Assembly (NCBI RefSeq): GCF_035594765.1
Contig: NW_026943823.1
Location: 310,001 to 374,000, forward strand
Length of the DNA: 64,000 nucleotides
From: Anolis carolinensis
Lineage: Eukaryota
Direction of reading: 5' to 3'
Shown: positions 1 to 12,745 of the stretch, one piece after another
How positions within the stretch are numbered: the first letter of the stretch is position 1
Layout of the letters: every line of letters starts with the position of its first letter
Notes under the pieces: generated by a model
Databases searched by the model: none
Seen by the model: only the letters and a program-made list of their open reading frames with translations
Told to the model about the DNA's origin: nothing
Position numbers and translations under genes: made by a program

Positions 1-205
1 TAATAATAATAATAATAATAATACTGTTGCATTGTTGAAGTCTTTCATGGCCAGAATCGCTGGGTTGTTGTGAGTTTTCCGGGATGCATGGCCATGTCCC
101 AACAGCATTCTCTCCTGACTTTTTGCCTGCATCTGTGGCTATTGAAGTCTTCTGAGGTCTGTTGGAAGTGAGGCAAATGGAGTGCGTATATCCCTGTGGA
201 ATAAT
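1..205 (-). mobile_element. (TAA)n plus Penelope-like element terminal fragment
   Basis: tgttgaagtctttcatggccagaatc... matches the Penelope end repeated at 17573, 22812, 52919 and 54138; the hammerhead core is degenerate here. Confidence 0.75.
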
Positions 206-643
206 GTTGCAAAGAAACGTTTTTCTCCCCAATTTTGCTGCAATGTAAGATGTAAAATGCTCCTTCAATACATTTTCCCCATTGCAGTCTCCTTCGTTTT
301 GACAGTCGCAGCTTGACGGACAGCTCTGCAGTTTAGGTGATAGAAGGACGTTATGCCCAGATTTTTAAATAAATACCCATCTCTCTTGACGGATGCTTGG
401 GCTCTGGGAGATGCCCTGCGATCCGGCAGCTGCCGCTTCCTGTGGGAATGCAAAAGGGCCGCCTCTGAAGTCGGAGCCAAGGCTCAGCTTCAAAGTTCAG
501 AATCCAGGTCCGCTCAAACACAGCCGTCGGTATTTTCTATCTGTGCACTGACAGGCGGCAAAAAGGAACGTGGCCCAAGGGAACTGATTTCGTTGCCTTG
601 AAAGAGTGCCACAATATGCGTCATTCGGCTGAGAGATGTCAGG

Positions 644-960
644 TAGGGTTGTGCTAAGCTTCGGAGATCCATTTCGTAACTCGGAGATTCATTAGTACAG
701 ATCTCCGAATTATTAATCAGAATGGGGCCTGTCTGGAGCATTACGAAACAAAAAGAAGCTGTCGAAACGTTTCAAAAAGTTTAGTAAAGATTTGTTGTTT
801 TGGAACATTTCAGGCTGTAATTTAAAAAAAAAAATTGAATTTTTTAAAAAAATTCTAAAAATTAGTAGATAGACGGATTGTTCTAAAACTTGGCAGGATT
901 GATGCCTCATGGTTACATCAGACTTTTCTAATCATCTTAATTTTACAATCGATAGTGAAT
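644..960. mobile_element. hAT-type MITE fragment
   Basis: Begins with tagggttgtgc, the same terminus and internal sequence as 1477-1939. Confidence 0.6.
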
Positions 961-1476
961 ATGCTTGACCTATATCCAAATTCTAACAAGAGAAAGGCCC
1001 AAAGTGGATCTGTGGGGCCAAGGTTGCAAGCAGAGAGCCTGCATCACTATCTACTCATCCAGCACTCAATGTGGAAAACAGCCTTCCTAAAATTTCCACC
1101 ACGTTCTGTTGATTTATAGATTGGCTGCTCTCCTCCGATGGAAGACCGGGTTGCAAATTTCGCTGAAGCCCCAAATGATCGGGACATGTTTTGCTCATCC
1201 CCGGTCCATGCCCTGGCTCCCTCCCCTTCCCTCGTAAAAGCCTGCCTCGTCCGGCTCTGTTTCTCTGGGGAAGACATCAGCAAAGGCTTCTGGAGTCGGA
1301 GGCACATGGAGAGCATAGAAATGGGGGCTCCGGAGTCACGCCAGGAAGCGCATGGAAGAGGAGTCCCACCCTGGCACGATTTGGGAGCTTAAAAGTGGGT
1401 GCAAAGAAGAACTTTGGTGAGATGCATGTGGGGAAATAAGGTCTTCACTGGTATCATCAAAGAGAGACATGACATT

Positions 1477-1939
1477 TAGGGTTGTGCAAAACTTCGGAGT
1501 TCCATTTTGTAATTCGGATTTTCATACTATTCTTAAATACGAATCTCTGAATTACTAAGCGGAAGAGACCCCTCCAAAGTATTTATGAATCAAAACAAGC
1601 TTCAGGAACTTTCTTGATTTTTTTTAACCCCTTGTATTTTTTTTAAGTCAGCAGATGACCAAAACGTTCTGAAATTTGGCACGACGAACATTGTAAACGT
1701 TGCCTACAAATGTGCCAGGTTTCATCCTGATAGCCATTAAAAATGATGGAGAAACAAGCTTCGCCATTTCCCCCATTGTCGCTAATGGAACAAATCTTAA
1801 CAAAGCAGTTACAAAGCTTTGGAGATTCGGATTACGAATTGGAATAGGATCCCTCTGAATCTTTACGAAACAAAGCAAGGGCCATCCGAATGTCCGAAAC
1901 AAATTACTAATCGGATTTCATCCGCTTCACACACCTCTA
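1477..1939. mobile_element. Complete hAT-type MITE
   Basis: Imperfect TIRs tagggttgtg / cacacctcta; 8-bp TSD atgacatt / atgacttt. Confidence 0.8.
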
Positions 1940-1977
1940 ATGACTTTGATGGGACCTCGAATATAAGTCCAAAGCTA

Positions 1978-2205
1978 TACAGGCAGTCCCTGAGTTACAA
2001 ACATACGACTTATAAATGACTGCTAGTTAAGAACAGTGCTGAGACAACGGGAAGTGAGAGAAATCTTCCCCTTGGAAGGAAGGGACATCCACTCCTGGAA
2101 GAGTTGTTATTATCATGCGGAAAAGAGGTCTCCTATGAAGATTTATCTCATATCCTTGTTTCCACAACTAGTCAAATTTTCCAAAATCTAATTATCACAA
2201 GGACA
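1978..2205 (+). mobile_element. Tc1/mariner (Tigger-like) non-autonomous fragment
   Basis: Terminus TA-caggcagtccctgagttac. Confidence 0.55.
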
Positions 2206-3127
2206 GCACTTTGATTCCACATTGACAGCCATGTCAACGATCTGTAGAATCTTGGGATTGGTAGTTTGGAGAGAAAGTAGCACTCTCTGCCTGAGAACAA
2301 TAAACAGCCTTCACACAACTGCAAGTCCCGGGATTGCAGAAAATGGAAGTGTAGTCCTAGCTCCATATTTGCGTGATACGAACTAAGACCACTCTCCCAA
2401 GAAGTCTAAGTGCCCATCCCCGAGCTGCAAATCCCAGAGTCCTGGACACTGTTGCCATGGCAATTAAAGTGGAACGATGGTGTTTCAATTGTGTACTGTG
2501 CAAGGATCCAAGAGGCAGGCAGAGTTCTGACAGGAGTTGCTTTGTATCTTCCAACTTTTTATTTTCTGACTTTTCCCATTCCGCCTGCTCATTGCCATGG
2601 GAAGTGTGGTTTACACGGTCCGCTTAGGGTTGTAATTCGTCACCAATTTTCTTCTTGAAGGAAGCAGTGAGTAATCTTCGCAATTTTCTTCCCACTGTGA
2701 GAAAGGCTTCAAGAAACCCACATTGTTCCCAAGGCCTCTTCGCAATTTGGGACTTTTTCGGCATGAAATTCGCACCGCAATCAGGGAGTGGGGTGGGTGT
2801 AGAAAAGGCTGCTTTCCGTGCATGTTTTAATTTCACACAGAAGAAGCCCCAAACTGCAACGACTCAATCCACAAGTCTTCTTGCTTGAGAATCAATTGTT
2901 TTGGGTATTCTTTCCATCCCTAGCTTCATCGATATCGCACATGTCAAATGGAAGACCCACAGGCCAAATACTGCCCATGACATTGTTTCATGTGTCCAGT
3001 GAGGCTTTCAATGCCAGGGCAACATTGTTAATTACATTTCAGAGAACAACCCTTTATGAATCTCTAAGTCCTCCATAGCCAAAGGTTGACCATAGACTTG
3101 ACTTGGAGAACCTAGAGAGAATATAGT

Positions 3128-3366
3128 TATTTTTCGTGTCACGAACGACTTGAGAAATTGCAAGTCGCTTCTGATGTGAGAGAATTGGCTGTCTGCAAGG
3201 ACGTTGCCCAGGGTATGCCTGGATGTTTTACCATACTGTGGGAGTTTTTTCTCATGTCCCCGCATGGGGAGCTGGAGCTGACAGATGGGAGCTCACCCCA
3301 CTCCCTGGATTGGGTCAGCAGTCTTGCTGGCACAAGAGTTTAACCCATTGCGCCACTGGGGACTCT
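3128..3366 (-). mobile_element. tRNA-derived SINE (same family as 30925-31605)
   Basis: 13-bp TSD gagagaatatagt on both sides; the body is the reverse complement of the SINE at 30925. Confidence 0.8.
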
Positions 3367-3599
3367 GAGAGAATATAGTAATAATTAGGGTTGTGCATTC
3401 GGGGTAAACCTTGACCCATTTTGTGTCCCAGCTTTCGGTGGGGTCCCCGATACGTTTTTTGGGAGCCTCATGAAATCGGGAGGGCAGATATCTGTTTTTG
3501 CTTTGGGATCCCGAAAGATCCGCTTTCTATTGGCACATTGGGGAGCGGCCAACTTCACAGGCTCCCCTTCTCGTCATTTTGGGCTGTTCTACTCTAGAG

Positions 3600-3845
3600 G
3601 AGAGGCACTCGGCTCATGTTTAATAAAAACATGAGAAAAGTATTAATCTGCAAAAACTTTGAGGTTTTTTTGCAGAATATTCTGCAACACATTTTGCTCT
3701 AGTTTTCCAATGACGAGTCTCAACCAATACAACCTAGTTTGTGGCAGCCACAAAGACAACAAAGTTTCTGGAGCAGAGCAACTACTTTCAAAGTAAGCAC
3801 TGCACAGTAACCCAGGAATAGTACTTTCAAACCAGGAAAAGAATC
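3600..3845. mobile_element. Non-autonomous DNA transposon fragment
   Basis: Homologous pieces at 16133-16240, 30540-30820, 33655-33745 and 37920-38120. Confidence 0.6.
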
Positions 3846-4486
3846 CACAAAAGTCAAAGATGGAGGTCCAACTGAACACCTGGTGAAGGATTCTGGATGA
3901 AAATTTCACAAAGTGAACATCAGCAAAGATGGTTTCCCTCTTGCAAGGGGAGGAAGGAATGGTGAATGGAGTGAAGGAGCTCAAGCAAAGCGAGGAAGGA
4001 GTTAAGCCCCTTCCCTCTCCTCGTGCCCCCCAACCCACCCAAAGGCCTGGTGACAGACCCCGAAGAAGCTTGGGTTTCTGCTCCGGGCCAAGCGTTTCTC
4101 ATCAGCTCCAGCGCCCCGTGGGGCGAGGCCGGTGGCTTCCTCTGCGCCCGGGGAGAGCAAAGAGGGCAGCCGGGGAGAGGGCCTGGAACCAGACCGGAGT
4201 TCACTCGAGGCTCCGTCAGGGGCTGGAGCCCAAATGCAATTAAAATGCAGACAGCGAGTGTGTGTTCAGAGAAAGCGAGGTGAGCCGGGGAGAAGCCTCC
4301 GGCCTGCAAACTGAGCTTGTGTGCCACCTACAGCTCCGCCGCCGCTCTCTTTCTCACATTCCTCTTGGTTGCCTTGCCTTTGCCGTGCATTCAGAGGCAC
4401 TCAGTGACAAGCAAAGGGTCTCTTTTGCTCTCCTTCTCCGGGAAGGCTTAGGAAGGAGTCCATTCATACCTATTTTCGCGCTGTCT

Positions 4487-5035
4487 GTTGTTATGGGGTT
4501 TCCAGGTTGTATGGCCAATGTGTTCTCCTGTTCCTCCTCCTCCATCTGATGCTACTGGCATCTTCAAAGGAGCTGATGACAGTTAAACAAGTAGAGACAC
4601 CCATGGAATAATGTCCAGGGTGGGAGAAAAGAATCAATGTCTGATAACCAAGTGTAAAGGGTCCTCGCCCTGCCCCCCGGGGGTGAGAAGGACGGGATAT
4701 AAATGTCTGAAAAATGTCCATTAGCAAGCTAGATTTGTATATGTTGCGTGGGATCCACCCATGAGCCTGTGAGCAGGGCATCTGCATGGACGGAGCCAGG
4801 TCTTTGTTCCCTTTGAATTGCTTTCTGCCTCGGAGACCTCCTTAGCCTGAGTGGTGCTCATAGGCCCTTCATTGTTTACTGCCTGGAGACCTCCTTATCC
4901 TGGGTGGTGTTCCTTAGTCGCAGTGTTTTTCAATACTGGTAGCCATGTTTTGTTCATTTTCATGGTTTCTTCCTTTCTGTTGAAATTGTCCATACGCTTG
5001 TGGATTCCAATGGCTTCTCTGTGCAGGCGTGGAAC
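4487..5035 (-). mobile_element. Penelope-like element fragment including the GIY-YIG C-terminal region
   Basis: Minus strand encodes REAIGIHKRMDNFNRKEETMKMNKTWLPVLKNT, followed by terminal repeat sequence. Confidence 0.8.
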
Positions 5036-7199
5036 AATCACTTGAGAAAGGAGCTATGATCTGCTTTGAACTGAATTATATGAGTCTACACTGCCATATA
5101 ATCCAGCTCAAAGTAGATAATCTGGATTTTATATGGCAGTGCAGAAGGGGTCTGAGAGTGAGAGCAAATTGGGGGATTTGTCTCCCTTGGTCGACCTTGC
5201 AAATGGTATTGTTGGAGACTCATTCTGCGCAAAAACTTGCCATTTTACACAAAATTTCCCTATGGAATACTTTGGACACATGGATAGGATGTGAAGCTGA
5301 CATTCAGATCATGTTTGCAGAAAGCCTAGAGGCACATGATGTGCAACTGAATGTAGTCATGCACAGGGATTGTGCCTTGCGCATCACTGGTATGCATTGG
5401 GCATCTTTGTGTGAAGAATAGATGGGGCCTTACTCTCAAGATCCAAGACTTTCCCCAACTAGGGGGTTCTACAGTTTTGTTGTTTGATTCCACACAGAAA
5501 GGAGGACTTTTTGCATACTTTGGAAAGGGAATGCAACCAGTTCTGGGGGATCCTGGGAGCTGCAGTCCATGCCAAGCAATGTTCTGAGCCTTGCAATGTT
5601 CGTGGAGGGGCCGCCGCTCCCTGGCTGTCAACGCGTGGCCTCCATCCCACCAGGATGCCTGGGCTTCCCTTCCAGTTGTTTCTGGCGAGAGCGCCAACGC
5701 TTCCCATGGCTTCCTTTTCATCCCTCTCTTTCCTTTCGGAGGTGTTGGAGCACAGGGACTCCCTTGTTATGTTTTTAAATGGACCTGTAAGCCGACCTGG
5801 GCTCCCTTTCTGGCTGAAGAGGAGGGGAAACGGTCTCGCACAAAGAGCAGCCCGACTTGTTCCTCCACTAAGAAGAGATAATAATCTAACCCTGATAATA
5901 GGGATGGGATGCCATGGGGAGGGGGCTGCTCCATTACAATCAATAGGACCCCCTTCCTGGGCTCAGTAAGTATTCCCCCAAATGGCCCGCCGTGTTTGCT
6001 TTTCTTGAGCAAGAGATAATTTTGCACATTTCTGAATAGGCGCCATTTATGCAAACAATTCAATTGTGCAAGAAGGCATTGACCTTTCCTTTCCCAAGGA
6101 CCTTGGTTAGTTGGTTGGTTGTGTGTGAATAAACAGGGCAGAGTCTCCTATTACATTCACAGTATTTGGTGACAGTTGCTCGGTGCTTCCCTGTTGGGGA
6201 ATTGCAATGCAGAACAGCCAATGTACACAAAGATGCCCAATGCATACCAGCAACGCACAATGCACAATTCCTGTGCATGACTATGTTCAGTTGCACCGTA
6301 TGTGCTACCTGGCTCTCAGCAAACATGAACCTAATGCAGGTGAATCGCATCCAACCAACATATTCAAAGATTCTGTAGGGGAATTCTGTGTAAAATGGGA
6401 CGTCTTTGCGCAGAATGAGCCCTCAACGACAACTTGCAGTAGAAGGTGTCACCTATAGGTAAGGCAAGTTTCATGCTGATAAGCCTAAAAATGACGGAGA
6501 ACACAGCCTTCAAAGTTTCCAATGCATCATGAAAGCAGAAACCTTTCCCAAATTTGGGAACTTCCGAAAATGGCACAGTTTTTGACAAATTGCACACCTC
6601 TATTGCCTGGCTCTGCTCCCATCGGTTACTTTCCCGTCGACAGCATTGCCTCAATGAAAGTACTGGTTTCATCTCAATGGCGCTTTCGAGGCGTTGCCCG
6701 AGTAATATCACACCCGCTCTTTCCCGCCTCGAATGCCGCTCTCGAAAGCACTCAGCCATCTTAACCCTGGGCCTCCCACTCTTGACACCCGGCCCCCGAA
6801 TCCCGTTCAGGCCCCAATTAAGCAAAAAGAGGACACGGGAAATGGCAGATAAGTGGCCCGATTGGCAGCATCCACGATAAGCCGCAAATAAACATAATTC
6901 TTTGATCGTCGCTCTCCTGGATGAGGGCTTGTTTCAAGGGAAGGGAGATGACCTAAAAACAGACAAGATTGAAGAGCTACAACTTGGAAGATAACAACCC
7001 AAGAACGCATCTTATAAATATTCATTGCGAACGGAGTCTTTAAACAGCTCCTATTAATAGTGGGGGGAAGAGGGGGTCAGGATGATGACGGCTCATTTAC
7101 GGGCTCTGATTTATTAATGTCGCCGTCACCACAAGTCTGTTTGTGGCAAGGGATGGTTTCAATGAACACCTATTTGGACAATCTCGATAGTCTAGATGT

Positions 7200-7375
7200 T
7201 TGTAGGGACCCATGGGGATATATAATATGGGAGTGGTCATACAACTCAGAGAGCTGGATGGGAGCCAAAGGCTTCAGCGGCTGAGGGGGGAAAGGAAAGG
7301 GCCTGAGGCTGTTAGGAATGGTGGGAGTTGGAGTCCAAAACACCTGGAGGGAGGGCCCAAGTTTGCCCATGCCTC
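7200..7375. mobile_element. hAT MITE fragment (caggcatgggcaaactt-type end)
   Basis: The same end occurs at 24345-24410, 34897-35070 and 49035-49110. Confidence 0.65.
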
Positions 7376-7744
7376 GTATACAGGGAATGCGTTTTTCTGC
7401 GCAAAAATCCCCCACGTGTGAATTTTATCATTCTCACCCTTGTTGTGAGTGATCTGCTTAAAACAATAAACCAGAAGAAGTCCTTCAACATGGTGAAGAA
7501 GATTCCCAGGTTAGTTTTAGGGATTGCACACCGGGATCAGGTCCAATGGCAAGGTATTGGAGGCAATAGGATGCCAGAGAGGTGAAATGACTGAATGGGC
7601 CGCTTGATCTGCATTGAGTTCCTTAGTAGCACAGCTATGTCTGCTTCCAATAGGACCTTTAATATTAACCCCAGACTTGGGGGACGAAGGGCTCTCTCTC
7701 TCTCCATCTTTTTCCATCCCTCGTTACAGTGTATTCAGTTATAT

Positions 7745-7898
7745 ACAGTTAATGTATTTCAAGTTGCTTAGGTCAACAGCGAGCTAGGCTATTAATGGTC
7801 AGAAGTTCAATCTGACCAGGGCTGGCTTCAAACTCATGACCTCTCAGTCAGTAGTGAGTTATTGCAACTGGCTACTAACCAGCTGCACCACAGCGGGC
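7745..7898 (-). mobile_element. 5' fragment of Anolis SINE2-like element
   Basis: Homologous to 48250-48390 and 16020-16130. Confidence 0.7.
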
Positions 7899-10288
7899 CT
7901 TTAATATTAATCCCAGAATTGGGAGACAAAGGGGTCCCTCTCTTTATCTCTGCCTTTTTCCATCCCTCGTTACAGTGTAGATGGCCTTCCATGTTGGCCT
8001 CCTCCACCAGTTCTCTGAGGTCCTTCCAGCTCCCTTCTCAGTTGCCATCGTCCCTCATTTTCTCCTATATTGTTTCCTCTCCCGGTGCCAACACTTGTCT
8101 GTCTAAGCAACGGCATCCCCTTCTTTGCTTCATCTTCTTCTCTTTGTTTGTTTACAATTTATTTATTAGGGAGCCTTCCACAAGGAGACGAGACAAAAGC
8201 TCCCAGCCTGGGCTTTGGATGTGACGGCAGCCCCGGAAATGAAGCCTCCGCAGAGGCATTAATTGGAGTGCCTATTTAATTAAAATTGTCTTGTTTCCCG
8301 ATCAAAGATTAGGAGGAGGAAGAAAGCGGCAAAGCAAGACGTGGCCTATTCCCCTTCCCTCGCATCCATTCTCCGTGTGTTGTGAGCCATCCTGCCTCAG
8401 CTGCTTTGCTTTGCTCCCTTGTTTTGGTGGCTTCCGATCCCTTTCCTCCCAACTTTCTGCCTCACTGCTTTCTCGAATCTGCTCTTCCGCTCATCCGCGG
8501 ACCCCAGAGAGACCTTCGAGGCATCATCGGAAGATACCTGTGGGACTCGGGGAAGTTCTTATCAAAAGCCAGCCGAAGGAAGTTTGCCATGCCGACAACA
8601 GCAGGACTGTTCTCATCTTGGGGGAGGTTGCGTTGCTCTTGTCTGATGGATTGCTGTGAAAGATGAGACGCAGGCATGGGAGGGGGAAGAGAGGAGGAAA
8701 TCATAGCTCAGCAACACAATTCACAGTTCCCATTCAGCAATTCGGAGGCCAAATCGGCAAAATTATCCAAATTACGAATCTATCTCCGGAATTCAGCACA
8801 CCCCTGGTTTCTTTGCCTTCAGTGTGGATTCAACCCAGAATGAAGATTGTGGGCAAGGTCTATATGGAGAACTGAGGGGAGTCCTTCAAAGCCTTTTGAG
8901 TCCTTGGGAATGTCGGAGGCCTTATCAACCTTGCGGCCAATTAGACAAACGATTTTGACCGGTGTTTTTAACAGCAACGGCCTGCTTTAGATCTCTATCA
9001 CTTACCCTTGTGCTCCCAGCCTCACTATCAATATGGATCTAGCAATCAAGCTCGCATCTCATTAGCATAAATAACTGACTTGTTTCATTTTGGAGAACGG
9101 CTCTTCAGCCTTGTAATTGGGTTGAACAGGAACACTAATTGCTTCATGAGAAAACCTTTCTTCAGGTTTAATTCCCATTATGAAAGGGAGCGGGGCTGAC
9201 ATCCGTGCTTCCCGGCCTCCGGATGTCAATCGATGGCAATTTACAGAGTTACCATCTGAGCTACGGACACTCAAAAGGGCCTGAAAATATAATTTCATGT
9301 ACCTACCCAGTGGATGTTTGTCTGTTTACATGGTTTTGCTACTCTGCTGTATTTTTGAGGAATCACCTTCAAAAGAGGGTTATTTCTGAGTCTAACTGCT
9401 CAATAGATTCCCAACAATTGAACCCTCATGTTGACATTAGAATCTCTTTCTCCAGATGTTTTCCAAAACAGTCTCCCTACTTAGGTTGAAGGTCCTGCAT
9501 TGAGCAAAGGGTTGAGCCCAATGATCCACGAGGCCTTTCCCAACTTTACAAAGTGCGTTTTCCCACCTGAGAAGCTACCAAATCACCCAAGGGTCCAAGG
9601 ATCAGACCTTTCCTGCTGATCCTGGGCCGACCTCAAAGTCATCCCCAACTCGTCCTTCCAGTTCATATTTCATTGGCTCATTTGTTGGCTCTTATACGCC
9701 ACCCTTCAAGCACTGCTTCTTGGAGCAGCCAACCAATCATAAAACAAAATTACAACACCATAAACAAGGCTACAGTCATAAATACATAAATGAAGGCAGC
9801 AGTGAATAAAAACACATAATAAAAGTCAATGAAAACACCCGAAACAATCAAAGCAGATGATTAGAACGATCTGGCTGGAAGGTCGGACGGGGACCCGGGC
9901 AACAAAGGCAATCTTTGCCCAATGCAGTAAAGGCCTTCCATTGGGATCAACGAGATCCAGCCTTTCGGCAAATGTGCTGCGTCCTGTGAGATGTTCCCTT
10001 GGTGCCCCTTGTGTGGCCAATAAACTTTGGAAGGTGGGGTGGGTGACCCAGTAAGGTCAGATAATATTATTATCAACAATATTTCAAAAACATGCAGAAA
10101 ATTATGTTTCTCCATTGTTAGAAAACTGTGGTACGGACTAATGACAATCTGCACACATGGGTTTTGTGCAGAAAACAGGGGAAAAGACATTTGTGCGCAG
10201 AAATACAATTTTCTGTACAGAAAACATTGCTCTGAGGAAATATCGCTTTCAATGCAGAAAATGCTTCGTCCTACACAAAGAGACTTCC

Positions 10289-10289
<1 letters not shown>

Positions 10290-10332
<43 letters not shown>

Positions 10333-10710
10333 GAAACACAACAAGATGAGTCCACAGCAGACACTCTGCTGGCTGTTGTATTGGATCCCACATCGGACCC
10401 TTCCCAAGTGTCTAGGACTGTGTGATGTATCGGCGAATAATGCTAGCAAATCCCAGTAAGGTGGCCTTCTGCAGCTGGCAGATGGTAATTTTGTCAGCAC
10501 CGATTGTGTTTAAGTGCAGGCCAGGCCTTTAGGCACTGCACCCAGTGTGCCGATCACCACTGGGACCACCTTGACTGGCTTGTGCCAGAGTCTTTGTAGT
10601 TCAGTCTTTAAATCCTCATATCGTGTGAACTTTTCCAGTTGTTTCTCCTCAATCCTTCCGTCACCTGGGATTGCGACATCGACAATCCATACTTTGTCTA
10701 TTACTATTAC

Positions 10711-10741
<31 letters not shown>

Positions 10742-10742
10742 T
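10290..10742 (-). mobile_element. R4/Dong-clade (RLE) non-LTR 3' fragment inside (TTA)n
   Basis: Minus strand reads KVWIVDVAIPGDGRIEEKQLEK..RYEDLKTELQRLWHKPVKVVPVVIGTLGAVPK; (TTA)n lies on both sides. Confidence 0.85.
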
Positions 10743-11609
10743 ATACCTTTCTATGTCTCTTCTGCGGAATTGTACAATATAAGACCCAAATTGCGAATAC
10801 TCTGAAAATTGTATGGCTTTTTTGCAGCAGGAAGAAAATGGCTAAAATTACTCCGAGAACACTGAAGAGCACGGAGAAGATGGCGGTGTGTGCATATGTG
10901 TGTTTTGCCAGGCCTTGGCCCTCAGCAAAGAGCCACAGCCGGTGCATCAGATGCGGATGATAGCAATCTGCCCTGTTGCCATCTCCACCTGTTTCTCCAG
11001 CTGTGTCTTCGATGGGAAAGGTTGGCCGTCTCACTTTTCGGCAGCCGTGCCTCCCTTAACAGGAAAGGACACCAGCCTCCCATTTGGGGATTAAGAGAGG
11101 AACGGTCAGGTCGGCCGCAATGGATAGCGATTAGCGGGCAGGAAGCGGACGCACAGCCTTGCTATTTGCTTTGCACTAGCGGCATAAAAGGATCCTCTCC
11201 GAACCACTTGAGTTTAGAGAACAAACAGGGAGCGGAGGAGATTAGCGCTCTCGGCCTGGCACCGGTAGGTAGGCATGCAAATGCGACCCGTAATGGGGAG
11301 AGGGTCTTCCTCTGGGTCCATTTGCCGGCTGCCGTGCCGTGCCAGGTGAGCCTCTTCCATCTAAAAGAGCTTCCAACCTGTGTGACTCGTGATTCACCAT
11401 CGCTCTTCCTTCTGGCTCTACCTGCGGGGATCTAAGGAAGGGAGATAAATGTCTTAAAGCATCAAATGCCTAGGAAGTAGGGGTGTGCAATTTGTCAAAA
11501 TCTTATGCTGTCTTCAGTGACTGGTTTTCAACTGCCCCCGTTCCGGTTTCTGCTTCTGTTTCATGCCAGAAAGATTCGATCTATTGGTGCAAATGGGGAT
11601 ACTTTAGAA

Positions 11610-11818
11610 CAGGGGCCCTCAAACTAAGATCTGTGGGCTGGATGCGGCCCTCCAAGGTCATTTACCTGGCTCTTGTCCTAAACTTTAGACTTAGGGTTGA
11701 CCGAAGTCTAAAATGACTTGAAGGTACACAACAACAATCTTAATTTTGGACTATTTCATCATAGTCCGGCCCCCCAACACTCTGAGGGACCTCCACTTAA
11801 AAAGTTTGAGGACCCCGG
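11610..11818. mobile_element. hAT MITE
   Basis: TIRs caggggccctcaaact / agtttgaggaccccgg; 8-bp TSD ctttagaa / ctttagag. Confidence 0.85.
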
Positions 11819-12574
11819 CTTTAGAGGCTTGTTTCTCCATCATTTTAAGGCCTATCAGTGTGAAACGTGCCTCACTTATAGGCCACATCTTCTACTGCAA
11901 GCCTGCCAAGTCCAGCCCTGTTCTCAACTCAGAGTCGTTGTTAGTTGGATGTTTGTAACTCGGGGACTTCCTGCTCCTTTTTGCAAGAGTGGCAACTCAG
12001 ATTTCATCGCAGCCATTTGCGCCATAAAATGCCGGAGAAGAATGGGTGCCTGCCAATGGGGGTGCCCACAACAGATGGATGCCTTTGCTCCCCCCTCCTT
12101 CTCCCGGGAGACAAGATGGCACACTTAATTTTAATTAATTGACCTAATTGAGATCACAGCTGGTCCGAAAAAGCTGCCTTTGGGTGGCACCTGCTCTCTC
12201 TTGGCAAGAGAGGCAATGAAAAGGGCCAATGATAAGAGGAGAGATGAAGAAGGGATGCGCCGATTGGCAAGTTGCAAGGAGTTTGGGCAAAAGATGGAAG
12301 GGAAGAGGCAATTATTTCCCTCTCCGGGAGACCGCCACAGCTGGTTTCCTCTCCTTGTCCCTGTCACTTCCAGGTAGGTCCCTTTGCTTGATGCATGTCT
12401 CCCTCCTTGGCTCCGGCCTCCTCTCTGCTCCAGGTTGCTGGTCGTCCCAATTGCCTTTTGGGCAACCATATGCCGCCTTCTTCTGCCAAAGCCTCCCATT
12501 TTGGAGGAGATTTCGGCTCCCGCTCCCGCCATTTGAAGTTTGGAGGACTCGCTTTTTCCCAATGTTATTCACCT

Positions 12575-12745
12575 CCACACAGAAACTGGGTGCAGAATAT
12601 TTTTATTTCAGAACACTGATATTCTGGACCGCTCTGACAGCCATCATGTCAGACTACACAGAGAAGCCATTGAAATCCACAAGCATGTGAACCATTTCAA
12701 CAGAAAGGAGGAGACCATGAAAATGAAGAAATCTGGTTTTCCACA
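12575..12745 (+). mobile_element. Penelope GIY-YIG endonuclease fragment
   Basis: ORF reads FQNTDILDRSDSHHVRLHREAIEIHKHVNHFNRKEETMKM. Confidence 0.85.

Larger units (their letters stand above)
350..9300 (+). mobile_element. Fossil L1/Tx1-clade LINE 'A' (highly degraded and fragmented; ORF1 to post-RT)
   Basis: Degenerate motifs in L1 order: ORF1-like GKKERGPRELIS (~555-595) and LLSSDGRPGCKFR*SP (~1124-1172); EN-like VLTGVALYLP (~2524) and WKTHRPNTAHD (~2949); linker QLNTW*RILDENF (~3870); RT-like PPGCLGFPSSCFW..FRRCWSTGT (~5647-5762), NASYK/IFIANG (~7004-7035) and INQKKSFNMV (~7466, cf. LDQEKAFDRV); post-RT RGIIGRYLWDSGK..FAMPTTAGL (~8517-8610). Boundaries are approximate. Confidence 0.55.
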
